Shown here piece by piece: positions 14,490 to 30,127 of a DNA stretch of 64,000 bases. The number at the start of each line of letters is the position of its first letter. Positions within the stretch are counted from its first letter, which is position 1. The translations under genes were made by a program, and so were the position numbers. The notes beneath the pieces are model-generated. The model made no database searches. It was given only the letters and a program-made list of their open reading frames with translations, and was not told the DNA's origin. Source of the DNA: the human T2T-CHM13v2.0 reference genome, Homo sapiens; assembly GCF_009914755.1 (NCBI RefSeq), contig NC_060931.1. One strand, written 5' to 3'.

Positions 14490-15307
14490 CGCTGCAGTGA
14501 ACAAAGTTAGTGATGACTCCAGAATTTCTGTCTAAAAGGAGTTTATGAGTAACAACCTGGTTGGAAGAAGGATGAGGGGATTTGCCTTGCCAGTTAGCAT
14601 AGCAAGCACAGTGTCTTCAGATTGTATGTTTGTTTGCAGAAGCTTTCATGGGAGACCTGAAGAAATGATGACCAGCTGCACACACCCACAAGTCACTTCT
14701 TGATGACACAGCTGTACCTTGCTACTTGCTCAAGGCATCTCATAAATCTTAAGTATAGTGGGGAAAATATGAGAACTTGACATTTTTGCACTTAAGAGAT
14801 ATATTCTCCTTTCTTTTATTTCACAGTTTTTCTTTTAAATTGGAAGAAGAGTAAGTAGGCATTGGGAAAAGAAGATAGGAAAATCTGAAACATAAATAAA
14901 ATGAAGAGCTAAGTATCGAATACCTACTATAAACAGAACAGATATTTATTGTTTTGTGAAAATCAAGCATGAAGCAATGTGATAACCCCTATCAAATTAA
15001 AATTCCTAATGCTCCCCTGGGAGTGGTAGAAGAGCAGTCTCATCAATGCTGCTGAGAGTATATATTACTACAAGCACCCTGGAAGGATTTGGCCATATAT
15101 GTGAAATATCCATATCCTCTCACTTAGTAATTCCATTTATAGAGATCTATCTTAAAGAAATAAAGTGTAGAATATAAGAATATTTAGATGATATAATGTA
15201 TACTAGCAAAACATGGAAACACCCTAAATGTTAAGGTGGGCACCAGAGAGAGGCTAGATTAATTTCAGTGTATCCAGACAACAGAATTCGCAGCTATAAA
15301 AGACATC

Positions 15308-15722
15308 TGTTGTTTTAGAGTAGCCCACAACCTTTTGGCAGGGAAAGTGGACCTCAGCTTCCTTTATTCTGCTTGTTTCAGTCGAGAGAACTCCCTATCA
15401 CCTTCTCTGACACAGAGGAGGTGTTCACAGCTCAGTGAAAGTCAGAGTCCTTTTGTAGGGACAGATGTGGATGCTTGACAAGAGAAGACCTCTTGCCTTG
15501 TGAGACTGCAAGCAGGAAGGGCAATGAAAACCTGGCTAACACTGAGGAAAGCAGAGGCCATAGATGGGGAGAAAGAAAGTTTCCTATCAATATTGTTTGA
15601 GTCCCTGGATCTCATTATACCTGACTAGCAAGTCTGCCTTTGACTTCCCAGTTATATGAATCAATGAATGCCTCACTTTTTTCCCTCTTAAACTCACAAC
15701 TAAAACATTCTTAGCTAATACA
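15308..15722 (+). mobile_element. Old MaLR LTR (MLT1J/K-like)
   Basis: ATTGTTTGAGTCCCTGGATC...GACTTCCCAGTTATATGAATCAAT...CTAATACA terminus. Confidence 0.6.
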
Positions 15723-15904
15723 TTGTTATTAAAAACCACATTTTATATGAATGCATATGAATACACATTACATTACTAACTCAATTTTTATATATACACA
15801 TCTTAAAATGTGTACATATAAAATTTAAGGAACATTAAAATGCTTTATGAGGTTGTAGTTTTATAGATAATCAAATATTTTTACTTTTAAGGATTATTCA
15901 CTTA

Positions 15905-16202
<298 letters not shown>

Positions 16203-16299
16203 TTATTCACTTAAAAGGTTTGCCAACGTCTTAATTCCCTGGCTATTGAGCATTCTAAGAGAAGAGGGTTATTGCATAAAATATAACCACATATCTTAC

Positions 16300-17505
16300 T
16301 GGTCACTTGTAAAAAATAAAAAATGGTACAATGCCTATGGAGGGAAATCTGGCAACACCTAACAAAATTACATATGCATTTGTCTTTGACCCAGCAATGC
16401 CAGTTCTAAGGATCTCTCCCACAGATACAGTAGCAAAAATATGAAAAGATGTGTGCATAAGCCTATTAATTGCAGCACATTTATAATAGAAAATGTTTGG
16501 AAACAGCCTAAATTTTCATTGATAGGGAACTGATTGAATAAACTCAGGCACATCTATGCAATTGAATACTATGTAGCTGTAGAAAAAAATAAAATCTTAC
16601 TACACTGTATTATACAGAGATCTCTAGGATATACTAAGTGAAAAAAAATCAGTGTGCATAACAGAAAACAGTATATGGAGAGAATTACCTTTTGTCTAAT
16701 AAAAGGGCAAAACTAAATAGTAGAAGAATAAATTAAAAACTAGTATACATGATTAGTATAAGGGAAAAACAAAATGAAAGCACGGTGAGATACCTACCAG
16801 AAGGGCTAAAATTAGTAAGACATAAATTATCAAGTGTTGTCAAATATGAGGAACAAATGGAACTCTTATACACTGCTGAAAGAAGTGTGCATTGGAACAT
16901 TCACTTTTGGAAACTCTTTGGCAGTATCTACTAAAGCCTGAACATACACGTACCCCATGACCCAGCAATTCTACTTCTGGGAGTATACCTACGAGAAATG
17001 TATACCTTGTGTATCAGAAGACATGTACAAGAAGGTATTAAGAAGCACTATTGATTAAGCCAAAAATGAGAAACTCATTTCTCCATCAACAGCAAAAGTC
17101 ATAAACAAATTATGATATACTGTATGTTCAATATGATAGATTATGGTAACAGGAATAAAAAAGACAGAACATTTCTACTACACACAACATGGATGGATGT
17201 CATAAATATATTGTCAAGTGAAAGAAACCAAGCACAAAAGAACATATACTGTATTATTCCACTTACAGTTCAACATCTGGCAAAGCTAATTCATAGTGTT
17301 TCAGGAGAGCAGTTGTCTCTGGGGAGAATGGGGAGCAGCAAGCAAGAAGGGCACAAGAGCAGTTTCTAGGTTGCTGGTAATATTCTGTTTCTGCACCTTG
17401 CTGGTGGTTACACAGGTATGCTCAGCCTATGAGAATTCATCAAACTCCACATTTATGATGTGATTCCATCATTGTATGTATATTATACTTTTAAGATGTT
17501 TAAAA
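16300..17505 (+). mobile_element. Old L1M fragments (ORF2 end and 3' UTR)
   Basis: TTTGACCCAGCAATGCC, CCCCATGACCCAGCAATTCTACTTCTGGG, and 3' end GGTAATATTCTGTTTCT...TGTATGTATATTATACTT. Confidence 0.7.
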
Positions 17506-18424
17506 ACATCAAAGAAGTCTTATTTCCCAGCCCATCCCCTCCACCCTTCTCCTCCTTCCCTTCAGATGGGCTGGGAAACAAGATTTCTTTGATTCTGTCT
17601 TGTTACATAGTTTTGGCTTCGGAATAATGTGCATGTTTTACATATGCAAAGAAATAAATTATGTAAAAAGAAGAAAAATTTATAGATGCATGTATTAAGT
17701 GGCGGTAATTAAAACTATGTTTGGCCAGGTGTTAAATTACAAAAGGTGTGTGTGTGTGTGTATTTTAGGGTTTAAGTAAGTTCGAAAATGGATGAGGCCA
17801 AGTCATATGAAATTTAGAATGATAATTCTGGATTTGGCCTAACAGCTTGAAAATAAATCATGGATGCTAAAAGCTCAAGCCCTAGGGAAACAAAGAAGGA
17901 AGGTAGAAAAATAAACAGCTGGAAAAGCGCTCGTTGTTATCCAAAATAGACAGATGTACTGTGGTTAGGCACGTACTAACCTAATGGCCTTTTTGGAACT
18001 GACAAAAAGTGTGTTTGAGAAGCCATAACATCAAGCCAGGCAGCTCTATGAGCTGAGCATTAAACTCAATGCCCAGACAGAGCCCGTCCCCACTTGTTTG
18101 GCTTTGGCCTGAGTCAGTTATTGAGTATGCTTAATAATACTGACTGCTGCAGAACTGTGCAAAATGGTGAATGAAAAAGATAGTCAAATGGTTCACAATT
18201 CTTTTTTAATCAGGAACTCTGGCTTCTTCTGCCAACTACTTGACGCCCAAGAGTTTCCCAGATGGTCCTAACTAATACAGAGTGGAGGATAATGGGAAGA
18301 AGGCTAGAATTTTCATCTTTGGGAGAGTCCAGGAATGTGATTATACAGGTGTATCAGATGAGCAATTGGAATCTAATCTATAGAGAATTCTGACCCCCAG
18401 TGGATCCTATACCACAAATGGGGT

Positions 18425-18620
18425 CAGAAGTTTGAACAGTCTTCTAGTTTGAGGGTTCAGTTCAAATCTAGCTCTGTAAATTCAAATTTTGTGACTTTGG
18501 CCATGTATCTTTATCTCCTTGGGCCTCAGCTTTCATCATCTGTAAAATGATAAGGAACACTATTGAGCTGTTCTAGGATTAGATCAGTTAAGGCACATGA
18601 ATAACTTAGTACTGTCTAAG
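18425..18620 (+). mobile_element. MIR
   Basis: GTTCAAATCTAGCTCTG...TGTGACTTTGG...GCCTCAGCTTTCATCATCTGTAAAATG. Confidence 0.7.
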
Positions 18621-18724
18621 CGTTTAAGACATCTAACACTATCCCTCTACCACACTGTGTCTTATCTTTATGCATTACTAACTAGAAAAAGGTGAATGGA
18701 ATGAATGAACATTTATTCTCCACC

Positions 18725-18890
18725 ATTATTCACCCATTATTATGTGCTGGGTGTTTTATTAAGCATTTAAATAGTATAAATTTTATTTATTTTCTTTAAT
18801 CTTTACAGAACCCTTATGAGGTAACAAGTGAAAAAGTGATGCTCAATGTCACACAGCAGATAAGTGGCAGAACAAGGATTTGAGCCCAGA
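18725..18890 (-). mobile_element. MIR
   Basis: GTCACACAGCAGATAAGTGGCAGAACAAGGATTTGAGCCCAG. Confidence 0.65.
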
Positions 18891-20538
18891 AAAAAATATT
18901 TTTCTTTGTCTGTAAGACAGCAATCATCAGGAGGAAAAAAGAACCATATCAGGATGGTAGCCCATGACTGCCAAAAAAGCATTCATTGGCCATTCATAAA
19001 TTAGTTCCTACACGTATATCAAGAACTAAGGAAAAGGACTTTCTCCTTCTAAGAGTGGACAGAGACAGTTCTATTTGGAAGATGGAGGCGGCTGGAATGA
19101 ACAAAGTGTGGGTAAGCTAGAATTGGGCCTGGAGAACAGAGTGCCTGACACAATAAGTGTCTGTTCAATGAATGAAGATATTTAATATAGAAAAAAATGA
19201 GGTCCGCAGTCACTATCAGTTCCTGGGTTAAGCTGAGGTCAGAATTTAGTGGACCAGGACAAACAGAGGACTTAGGCCAAAAGAACATACACTCTATACC
19301 AAAGCCAGGAATCATACAATGTAAAATTAAAATTGCCCTGAAAAATCCAGGAAAGATGAATGGCTGCTGTAGATATAACCAACATGTGGGCTCATGTTGA
19401 TATTCGGAGCTCAAGTTTAGCCAGGGGTCATAAGTAGAGCAGAATATGTGTACAAGGCATGAACCAATGCAGTTCAGGCTGGTCAGTAAAATAAACAGAA
19501 AGGGAAGAAAATATAGACTAAGCAGGAAGGCATAACCAGTTTTCATCTGTGGATCCCAGGACAGTAATGTTTGTCCACTGTTCTGGTTTTAGATAATAGT
19601 AGTAAGAGTAAGTACCGCTTCATGAAACTTCCAAAGTGTGTTCTAGATCACACTGTAGAATGTATTTTTTTTATTTATTTATTTTACTATGGACTATGGC
19701 CAAAATATTTGGAAATCTTCTGCTTTAGGGACTATGCTACCTACTAGAAAATTACATCCTTGTCATTGGTAGTTAGGCAAATTAGCTACAGTAGTTGATT
19801 AGGAAAGAGTTATGGTCTAGATATGCCTCAAGAGACAGTGTTACTTTGATAAAATCACCATGTTCCAAGGTCTATTTTCACAGCTCCATGGGTAGGGAAA
19901 TTTGACTATGCAGCCCATGAAGAGATGATCAGTATTTTAGGACTGACTCATTTATTAATTTCCAAAGAGAAATATGGATACATGAAGCCATTTTGATAAT
20001 TTGCTCCCTGTGGGAAAAATCTGCCTGAGATGTCATATAAGAATGTGGCTTGGTGCACATTGAATCAGAGTAACAGTAAATAGTTTAATATTGTAAGTAG
20101 TGGTGACATTTGGGTAGGAAGCCTCTCTATAGTAATAATAACAGCTAACATTTGCTGACCACTTACTGCAGGTCAGGCATTGTACTCATTTTATACCTCA
20201 TTTCATCCTCATCCTATGAGATTTTTCACTGCAGAGATATACCCGCCAAGCAGGTGACGTATTGATATCAATTAGTCAATCTACCCCTCTTCTGAACACA
20301 TGCTAACAAACTCTCTTTGACTCTATTTTCCCGAACTCTGTTAATCCTGTTTGCTAATACTGCATTCCCACCCTCGCCTAAGCATACTCCTAAAGGTACC
20401 CAAGGAGTGCCAGCAGGCACACCAACCACAGAATAGCATGGAAAATATTCAGAGGATCAATCTTACTTGATGGTAAACAATATAAAATATTTTTACATGA
20501 AATAAATTGGTTGCATTAGAAAGTATAATGCAAAATTT

Positions 20539-20830
20539 TCCAGGCGTGGTGGCTCATGCTTGTAATCCCAGCACTTTGGGTGACTGAGGCGGGCAGATCA
20601 TCTGAGGTCAGGAGTTCAAGACCAGCCTAGCGAACATGGTGAAACCCCGTCTCTACTAAAAATACAAAAATTAGCTGGGCATGGTGCCACACACCTGTAA
20701 TCTCAACTACTCAGGAGGTTGAGGCAGGAGAATCATTTGAACCCAGGAGGCGGAGGTTGTAGTGAGCCATGCCGTTACACTCCAGCCTGGGTCACTGAGT
20801 GAGACTCTGTCTCAAAAAAAACCCCAAAAA
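20539..20830 (+). mobile_element. AluSx-like
   Basis: Full dimer; TSD core AATGCAAAATTT on both sides. Confidence 0.93.
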
Positions 20831-21139
20831 AGCACAATGCAAAATTTGAATGAATGTTTAAGGATAAGTCTAGAAGAAATTTTACACTTGAAATTAAAAT
20901 CTTGAGCTCTCTCTTTTTTGGTATTTAGTGCAAAATTTTGAAAATCATTATACTACACACAAGGGCAACACAAAACAGCTGAATAGGCTTAAGTTTCTAA
21001 ATTATAATCACATATTTGTCAATCTCCCTATAACACTGCCCAGTTCTCTCTGATTGAATAGGGTGTTTTAAATTTCATGAGTCTTGTATTGACAATTAGC
21101 TCTTAGGTTCTATCTATAACTAGTTTTATCCATTAACAT

Positions 21140-22240
21140 TTTTTCAAAATTAGAATTTATTATCTTTCTCTGACTAAAAAAAGGAGTACAAACTTATTGT
21201 GGAAAGTTTAAAAAATCTAGAGAAACATAAATTTAAAAATTGGAAGTGCCTTAAATTCATCAATTAGAAATAAGATTATTAACCTGCTATGTGCCTGGGC
21301 TACTTTATGAACTAGATAGTCAAAATCCTTGCCTTAAAGATATTCTTTTTCTTTATTCTTGTAGATATGAGTATTAACATAGACATAGATATACAAATAC
21401 ACACACACATTTTTATAAGATTGGGATACTACTAAACGTATTCTTTTATTAGGTGAATTTATTTAATAGTATGTTATAACTGTTATTGTGTTTTATTTTA
21501 TTATATTTTTATCTACACCATAGTTGTTAAAAACTGCATGGTAATTTATTTTGGGGACATGATATATTATCTAATAAACCTCCAACTTATTGTTCGTTGT
21601 TTTCAATTTTTTATTCTTATAAACATACAGTGAATTTTTATAGACAAATTTTTCTGCATATCTATAATTATTCTTTTTGGATGAACTCTTTTCAGAGCAA
21701 CATGATCCTCGTTTGGAGTCAAAGATTAAGGATATTCTCAAGGCTTTTGACCCATTGCTAAGTTGTATCCCAGAAAGATTTATACCAGCTTATATTTCCA
21801 AATGCAGTTTATGATGTGTATTTTCCCTTACCCTCAACAACATTAGGTATTTATTAAAAATTTTAAACCAATTTGTAGGTGAAAATTGGTTTCTTGTTTT
21901 AATATGCTTTTTTGATCTCTTATGAGGTCAAACATTTATTGGCCTCTGTAGTTCATCTTTTGTGAATTCCTTTTCTTGTCTGTCCCTTGGCCATATTTCT
22001 GTTGGGATGGTTAGCTTTTTCTTTTCTATTTGTACGGGTCTTTTTTTTTAAAGTATATAATGACTTTTTGCCTGACACTTATGATACAGCTATTTTTCCT
22101 AGTTTCTAACTTGCTTTTTCATTTACTTACTGAGGGTTTTCTTCTTTGAATTTTTGAATTGTATGTAGACACATTTATCAATAATTTTATAACTTCGGTT
22201 TCATAGCTTAGAAATTCCTCTACTACCTCTGCATCTATTA
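21140..22240 (-). mobile_element. Old L1ME-type fragments
   Basis: T-rich degenerate antisense L1 (CCCAGAAAGATTTATACCAGCTTATATTTCC, GTAGGTGAAAATTGGTTTCTTG). Confidence 0.55.
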
Positions 22241-23369
22241 TCTTTTTATTTCTTTCTAACTGAAGAATAACATCACCAAATGTGTTGGACACATTCTGAG
22301 TATCTTCCAGGTTTGAGAGAAGCCACATGATCCTTTAGTTTTCAGAAGAAGGAATTAAGGGGTCTTGGGGAGGTGATGTGCAGGCCTAGAGACAGAGATA
22401 GAGAGACAAATGGTAGATAGTGCTTTGAGGCATGCATATTTACTGGCTTTTCTTCCTAGAAAGGGGCAAGGCTCTAATCCAGTGGTTTTAGATTGGGCCC
22501 AAGAACTTGCATTTCTGACAAGTTCTGAATTGAGGCTTGAGGCTTCTCTAAGTGAGAACACTGGAATTAATGTAACAACCAATTTGAATTCATTTATTTC
22601 TTCCTTTTCTAATCTAATGACTTTCTCTACTTTGATATATTAAAATAAGCTTACATGACCTGAGCAAATATTTTCTGATCTCTGACCCCACTTGGCGACC
22701 ACTCAAGGCTCGGCCAAGTAAGAAAAACCTTGTCGAGACACTAAGTTTCCAGCAGGGCTCCGTGGCTCCCTGAACACCTGTGATGTTCCTGAGTTGTCAG
22801 TGGCCTTGTCTACTTCTGGCTGAGTACTGGAAGAGGGTAATCTTAGTTTCCTGCCTTAGCAATCATTGTGTAGATAACCTTTGTGGTGAATGTTGATTTA
22901 CAGTTTCCTCTGAGCTAGAAAGCGGTTCTTTTCTTTTGAAGTAGCAAACCAAATTTCCACTTCTGAGATTTGTATTTCTTTTTTAAAAAATAGAAGATGA
23001 TGGCAAGTCCAACCTCAAAGCCGGTTAATACCAACCTGCCTATCATCCCCATCCTCCTTGTCTAAAAGGCAAGCCCCTCGGCCTTAATCTTCAATTCATG
23101 CTGTTCTATGTGTCCTCCTCAAAGACTGCTTTGCTTTGCTTGCACTGTGCCTTCTGAAATCCCTTGTTCTACTTCACATGAGTCCCTCTATATTTTCTCC
23201 TACTTTCCTCCCATCTGGGAGTCATTCCAGACCCCTTCCTCATTCCTCACATCCAGACATCAAATCTGGGAGACTATGTCATCTCAGTGTCTCTCAAACT
23301 GGTCCAGGCTTTGGTTTATCATCATTATTGCCTTAATCTTAGCCCTCACAGTCTGTCCCCTGGAAAGCC

Positions 23370-23615
23370 AGTATGGTGCAGAAATAAACCCACACATGAT
23401 TTGGTATCACAGAGACCTGTGTTTGGATCTCACATCCATTCTTATTAACTGTCTGATACTGGGAACAGTAACTTGACTTTTTTGAGGTGGCCTCCTGTTT
23501 AAAATGGGAGTCATATCTATTTCATGAGCATGCTGTGAGGGTTAATAAGATACCACGAGTGAAAGCACTTCATATACTGCCTCCACAGAGTGCATTTTCA
23601 ACAAATATTGGTTTC
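23370..23615 (+). mobile_element. MIR, near full length
   Basis: GACCTGTGTTTGGATCTC...CTGTTTAAAATGGGAG...TGTGAGGGTTAATAAGAT...GTGAAAGCACTT. Confidence 0.7.
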
Positions 23616-23654
23616 CTTCCCCCACCCATTTGTTTGTTCTTTGGTTTCCATCAA

Positions 23655-24500
<846 letters not shown>

Positions 24501-25039
24501 CCAACACCTAATAAAGAGGAATATTTTAACTCGAACCCATCTAGACTGCATCACAGTTTATACAAAATTAAAATGAACTCCCATTTCCCAAGTAATATAA
24601 CTCTTGCTACATTTTGAAAAAATTTTATAATTGTGCTTTGAAAATTATTTAGCTATAAGCAACTGGTTTAATTCTAAGGGCTAGCTATGATTTCAAGGCA
24701 GTTTTTAAGCAGACCCAAAATTATTGTTAAATATAATGAAATAGTAACTTAACAATAACATTTCTGTAGATATTTGACAAAATACTTCTTCTCTTAAAGT
24801 TGCCATTTTTTTTTTCATTTGTTTTGGAACCGATAAAGAGGTTTTTCAAGTCTCAAATATTTTCATACCCTCGAAAAGCTCATGAACCATAGGACTGTTC
24901 TTATGGTGTATAATTGACAACAACAATCGTTCTACTGATACATATTAGGTACTAAATAAATAAGTGTTTTCATGAAATTAACAAATAGCTATGGCCCTTA
25001 TATACTTTTAATATTTTGCTACCATTTATTTTGCCTTTG

Positions 25040-25228
25040 CCAGCTGCCTTGTACTGTACTAAGCGGTTTTTATATGTTTTAACTTAATGCTCACTATTAT
25101 CTCCATCCTTACAGATGGAAAAACTAGATGCTCCGGAATATCAGGAAACTTGTTCACTCAGTTAATTGATGGCAGGGCCAAAATTCACCAGGCTGCCTGA
25201 CTCTCAGGCCAGGTCTTAACCACTATAT
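25040..25228 (-). mobile_element. MIR
   Basis: CTATTATCTCCATCCTTACAGATGGAAAAACTAG...CTGCCTGACTC...TCTTAACCACTAT. Confidence 0.65.
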
Positions 25229-25449
25229 AATCTTTAGTAGGCCCATCAAACAATCTGACTTATAGCTTCCTCACTTATAAACTGGAAATAATTACATATT
25301 TCTCAAAATATGTATATTTTGAACAAGAAGTGAAAAGAGTCTAGCACAGTACATAGAACATAGTTGTTATTCAATAAGTAATTTTAGTTTGTTGGGGATT
25401 GAAAATAATTCCCCTGTGCTGGGATAGTAAGTGAGTTTGGCATTCCTAT

Positions 25450-25650
25450 TATTTGCTCCCACAGCAGCCTGAACTTTCCCTATTAGAGCACCAGTATTGA
25501 ATCTAATATACTTGTGTCATTGTCTCCCCATCTAGACTCTGAGCTCTGTGAGGACAAGAATCATGTCTGTCTCTGTCATCTTTGTAACCTAGTTCCCAGC
25601 CCGTTATCTGCCATAGGTATTAGGTGCTTGAAATCAATATTAGTTGAATT
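25450..25650 (+). mobile_element. L2 3' end
   Basis: TGTCTCCCCATCTAGACTCTGAGCTCTGTGAGGACAAGAATCATGTCTG...TAGGTGCTT...TTAGTTGAATTG. Confidence 0.7.
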
Positions 25651-26399
25651 GTTAATTTAGAAAGCACCTACCTAGTGGTAGGATTCCTTTCCTTTCGAAG
25701 AAAGGAATTGAAGTCAGGTCTTATGCTCATAAGTAGCCCACACCCTAGTTGGGATGAAAAAGTCATGGGATGGTATTTCTAAAGCAATACATAGTCAAAT
25801 CAGTTATACAGTAACATCTCACAAAACCTTACCACTTTTTCTCTCTGTAGAATCCCATTAAGAATATAATATGAAAAAACATTGCCACAATTTTACTAAT
25901 ATTCTTTAAGCATACTAAGATATGCTTAAGATGTAAGAAGAAAATGAAAAACATCAAACCCATAATGATATGCAAATGATATTGATCTAATCAGTCATGT
26001 TTGCTATCATAAAGAAGTCCACATGATTACAAAATATTTCACATATTGTGTGAGCATTATTATAGTGTACATCATCATCATTAAACACCCATCTGTGTAA
26101 GGCACCCTGGTAAGTACCATGAAAAAGACTTTAATTAAAACAAGTTAAATCCCTACACTTTAGGAATCAAATTTACTCAAATAATCCTCTCTGCTCAAAA
26201 AAAGAAGTTCCCTAATACTTTAAGTTTTAAATTTAAAGAAGAATAATTTGAGCGGCTGGATCCTATCCCAGTGACACTTTCATTAACCTTCATAAATCAT
26301 CGAGTGTAAAAAGATGAATCCTAAAGAACACTGATTCAACCAAGCTTACATTTGTCATTTATTAATTTAAACTGGATTTAGTTACTTATGTTTATACTA

Positions 26400-27170
26400 A
26401 CTTTTAGGTATTCTTTGTATATGAAGACTCTGAACACTTTGCCATGACTCAACTTTATTTCTAAACTTATTATTTAATTTTCAATTTTAATTATGGTATC
26501 TCTTTTCCAAAAAAATTCATCTAGTCACAGTTTTTAGTCCTTCAATTATAGTTTCTATCTTGATATAATGGTGTATTTCTCTTTTAGATTTAAATCTTTA
26601 GTTCAACTGGAATTTATTTTCTGAATGGTAATTTTAACACGTTTTGCTAATTATCTTCACACTATTTATTTAGTGATCCAAACTTTTTCTACCAATTAAA
26701 AATAATCACTTTTGCATTCCTAAATTTCCATATACACATGGGTCTATTTCATGACTACTTTATTTCATTAATCTATTCTTTCTCTAGTACTCTACATTTA
26801 AATTGCTTTGGCCTTATATTCCAATTTTTGGTATGGTACATTTTTGTTTCAATTGTGAATGTGATATTTTCTTTTTCAGTCTAGTTTTCTATCTAGCTAT
26901 CATATATACAAAAAAACCAACTGCATTTTATAAATTTTGATTAGATCTACCAAATCTTTCTTTTTATTATTTATTATTTATTTTAGTTGATTATCTTGGG
27001 TCTTCTAGAGAGACAATTTCATCATCAGTAAATAATGATAACTTTATCTCTCCCTTCCAATATTAATACCATATCTCTTACTTATCTCTTTTCTTTCTTA
27101 TCTTATTGTACTGGCTAGACCTTCCAGATCAAGGCTTAGCAATAGTAGATAAAATGGAAACTTTGTCCTT
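26400..27170 (-). mobile_element. Old L1M fragment
   Basis: Degenerate antisense ORF2 (CTGGAATTTATTTT, CATGGGTCTATTTC, TCTTATTGTACTGGCTAGACCTTCCAG). Confidence 0.55.
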
Positions 27171-27778
27171 TTTGGGAGGAAAGATAATTTAATTAAGAGC
27201 ATTCTTAGCTTATAATTATGCACCAAAGTAAATTAGCAAATGACTATTTGCTGTCCTACAACTACACTTTTGTGAAAATAATAATAGTAATTACACTCTT
27301 CTCTGAAAAAGCAACTATATCAGGCATTTGATAGGTTTAATTAATAATTCTTAAAACACCCTGCAAGGTAGGCCTATTATACTCATTTTGCATTTGAGAA
27401 AAGAAAGATTCTTATATACTGAAAAACATTCCTAAGGTTACTCAGCTCATACGTGGTAAATCTAGTAGAACTTAGAGTTATCTGATTCTAAACTCTTCTT
27501 TTGTACCGTATTACTTGCACTATATAAATACTATTATGATTTAATTCTGATACATACAAATGGATCTGTCTCATTGGTCAATTGGTATAGGGTTGCAATG
27601 ATATACTTAATATATCTTAGGTATTCAACTTGTGAGAATTATAATACTGACTTTGAATGACAGAAATTATAATTATTACTCTTAATTTAAAAATAGAATT
27701 AATCAAATAAATATTAAGTACCTACAATATGTCAGTGTCTTCATAATTATTTACCTAACTATATCATTTAATAATATA

Positions 27779-28091
27779 CAGGTTGAGCATCCCTAATCTG
27801 AAAATCTGAAACTTCCTCAATGCCAACATGATGCTACAAGTGAAAAATTCCACATATAAGTACTTAACACAAATGTTATTTTATGCATAAAATTATTTTA
27901 AATATCATATAAAATTACCTCAGACTATGTGTATAAGGTGTATGTGAAACATAAATAAATTTCATGTTCAGACTTGGGTCCCATCCCCAAGATATCTCAT
28001 TACGTATTTGCAAATATTCCCAAATCCCAAAAAATCTGAAATCTGAAACACTTTTGGTCCCAAGCATTTCAGATAATGGATCGTCAACTTG
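27779..28091. mobile_element. MER46/Tigger4-derived non-autonomous element
   Basis: TA|CAGGTTGAGCATCCCTAATCTGAAAAT ... GGTCCCAAGCATTTCAGATAATGGATCGTCAACTTG|TA. Confidence 0.85.
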
Positions 28092-28154
28092 TATTGATTA
28101 GACTGTGACTTAGCATTTCATAAAGGTATAGCTTCTGCCCCAAATAAATCATCT

Positions 28155-28560
28155 ATAAGTCAGAACTCTATTGGTGACAAGTGATGGAAACTCAACTCAA
28201 ATTATCTTAAATTTAAAAAGGTCTCATGAATTTATGTAACCAGAAAAGTCTAGAATTAAGGCTGGCCTCAGGCATGACTAAATCTTCCCTTTTTTGAGAT
28301 TCTCAAAGTGTTGATTTGAAAAGAGAAAAAAAAAACAAATTATCTTTCTTCCTACTGCAGTACAGAAAAATCCAAAATTTTCTTTATTTAGGTAACATGT
28401 CTACTTCTTGCACTAATCCCTATGGCTGAAGGGATGGGGCACTCTTATTGGCCAGGCCTGGGTCACATGGCCACTCTTGTAATTTAAGAATATGGGGAGG
28501 ATATGGTGATTAGTAGTCCCACCAGAATCTAATGCAAAATAGATAGCCTTTCCACAAATG
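28155..28560 (-). mobile_element. Old MaLR LTR (MLT1J/K/L-like)
   Basis: GGTGACAAGTGATGGAAACTCAACTCAAA...ATGTAACCAGAAAAGTCTAG...CTTATTGGCCAGGCCTGGGTCACATGGCCAC. Confidence 0.65.
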
Positions 28561-28769
28561 CTACATTGTTAAAATACACACATACAGTAAGTCTGTAGAT
28601 CGTGGTGGTGAATCTGAGTTAAATAACATGCTACAGAGAACCTCTAATTGTAGTAACTCGTACTATAATTCATTCCAGTTGAATTGACCTGAAAGTTACA
28701 AAGCACTCTGTGTATGAAGTGTGGGAATGAGCAGGAGTTTTGCAGCAGAGCTTCTTTAAACACTTCCTG

Positions 28770-28930
28770 GTTCTGAAGCCTGAGCCATTAACTCCTCTTC
28801 ACTTGTTTTCTCATCTGAAAAATGGGAGTAATAGTAATGATCCCCATGGGATGCTCCATATGAAGGTTATACACCAGTGTCTGCCACACAGGCATGAGCT
28901 CAATAGATAGTTGTCATTCGCTATTATTAC
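28770..28930 (+). mobile_element. MIR
   Basis: GTTTTCTCATCTGAAAAATGGGAGTAATAGTA. Confidence 0.6.
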
Positions 28931-29774
28931 CAAAGCAGGATTTTTTAAAAAGACTTGGTCTTTCATATTTATAAACAGCTGATATTTTAAGGAAAAACTA
29001 AATGCCCTGTACTTCCTAGCATGAAGATGGCATTGCTTTAAAATGGGCCATTAACTTCCCAGATTGTTAACAGCCAAAACAGCTTGCCATGGCTGCCCCG
29101 ACTCATACACATACACCCCGACTTCCATCATTGCTTCCACGTCCCTTATCCTATCCATCTTTCATTCATTTATTTACCAAAAATGTCTTAAGAGCCTACT
29201 ATGCATCTTAATGACTTGCTCTTACCCTCACGACTTCTCCTCAGTCCTTTGGAGGAGCATCGGCCTCACAGTTTGACCCTTTGTTTTTATGTTTAATCAC
29301 CATTGACACCCTTTTTGCCTGTCATGCCAGAAGATTCTTCCAGAAGACCTCCACTGCCCTCCAGGACTTCGTGCCTGTCTGTGTTTTCAATGGGGAAAGG
29401 TACACACTATACTGACACTATATATTTTTACAAATTTTTAAGAAAGGTTTTTCCTGTTTTCCTATGTCTTTTTAATCTTCTTTTTGATACTTGAGTAGAA
29501 GGATTTTTTTTTCAGTTCATATATATAATGGGAGAGGTAGAATTTAGAGGCCGATTTTAAATGAGTATCTAAAAGGGTTAATTACATATAGATGCTGGCT
29601 CCTGGTGAGATAAAGTCAAGCTCAATTAAGGTCACTGCTTGAAATCTGATTGTCTTTCTAAGAGCTTTTCATCTGTAACTTGCATATTCTGGAACAAGTG
29701 TTCAATTGTAATTAGCAACATTTTTCACTTAATTTTATTTAATTTTAGAAGTCTACCAACTAACAGGTTTATCT

Positions 29775-30090
29775 GTTTCAATAAATGAGCAGCTACTATG
29801 TGCAGTACTATGCCAAGTGCTACAGGCATTCCTGTACACATCACCCTGGATTTTACCTGCAAGAAAGAAGGGGATGGGGCTGAGTGGCGGTAAAAAGAAT
29901 GCAAAGATAAATATTTGAAAACATAAATGATGCTTTTATGAAGCAGAATAGGAAAGGAGCCATAAGATGCAATTAAAGTGCTACAGGAGTTCAAAGGAGA
30001 GCAATTACACTAGTCCCTTCTTATCCAAGAGGGCATCCATTCCAAGCCCCCCAGTGAATACCTGAAACCATGGATAGTACTGCACTGTAC

Positions 30091-30127
<37 letters not shown>

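Noticed and set aside
19049-19546. 165-aa minus-strand ORF
   Set aside because: No recognisable domain, promoter or splice context; overlaps an L2 end; composition typical of random AT-rich sequence.
22690-23085. Mild CpG retention and small hairpin in unique sequence
   Set aside because: About seven CpGs in 400 bp is only slightly above background.
25683-25929. Two 9-bp stem hairpins (25683-25708, 25906-25929)
   Set aside because: Short AT-rich stems compatible with chance; no RNA-gene context.
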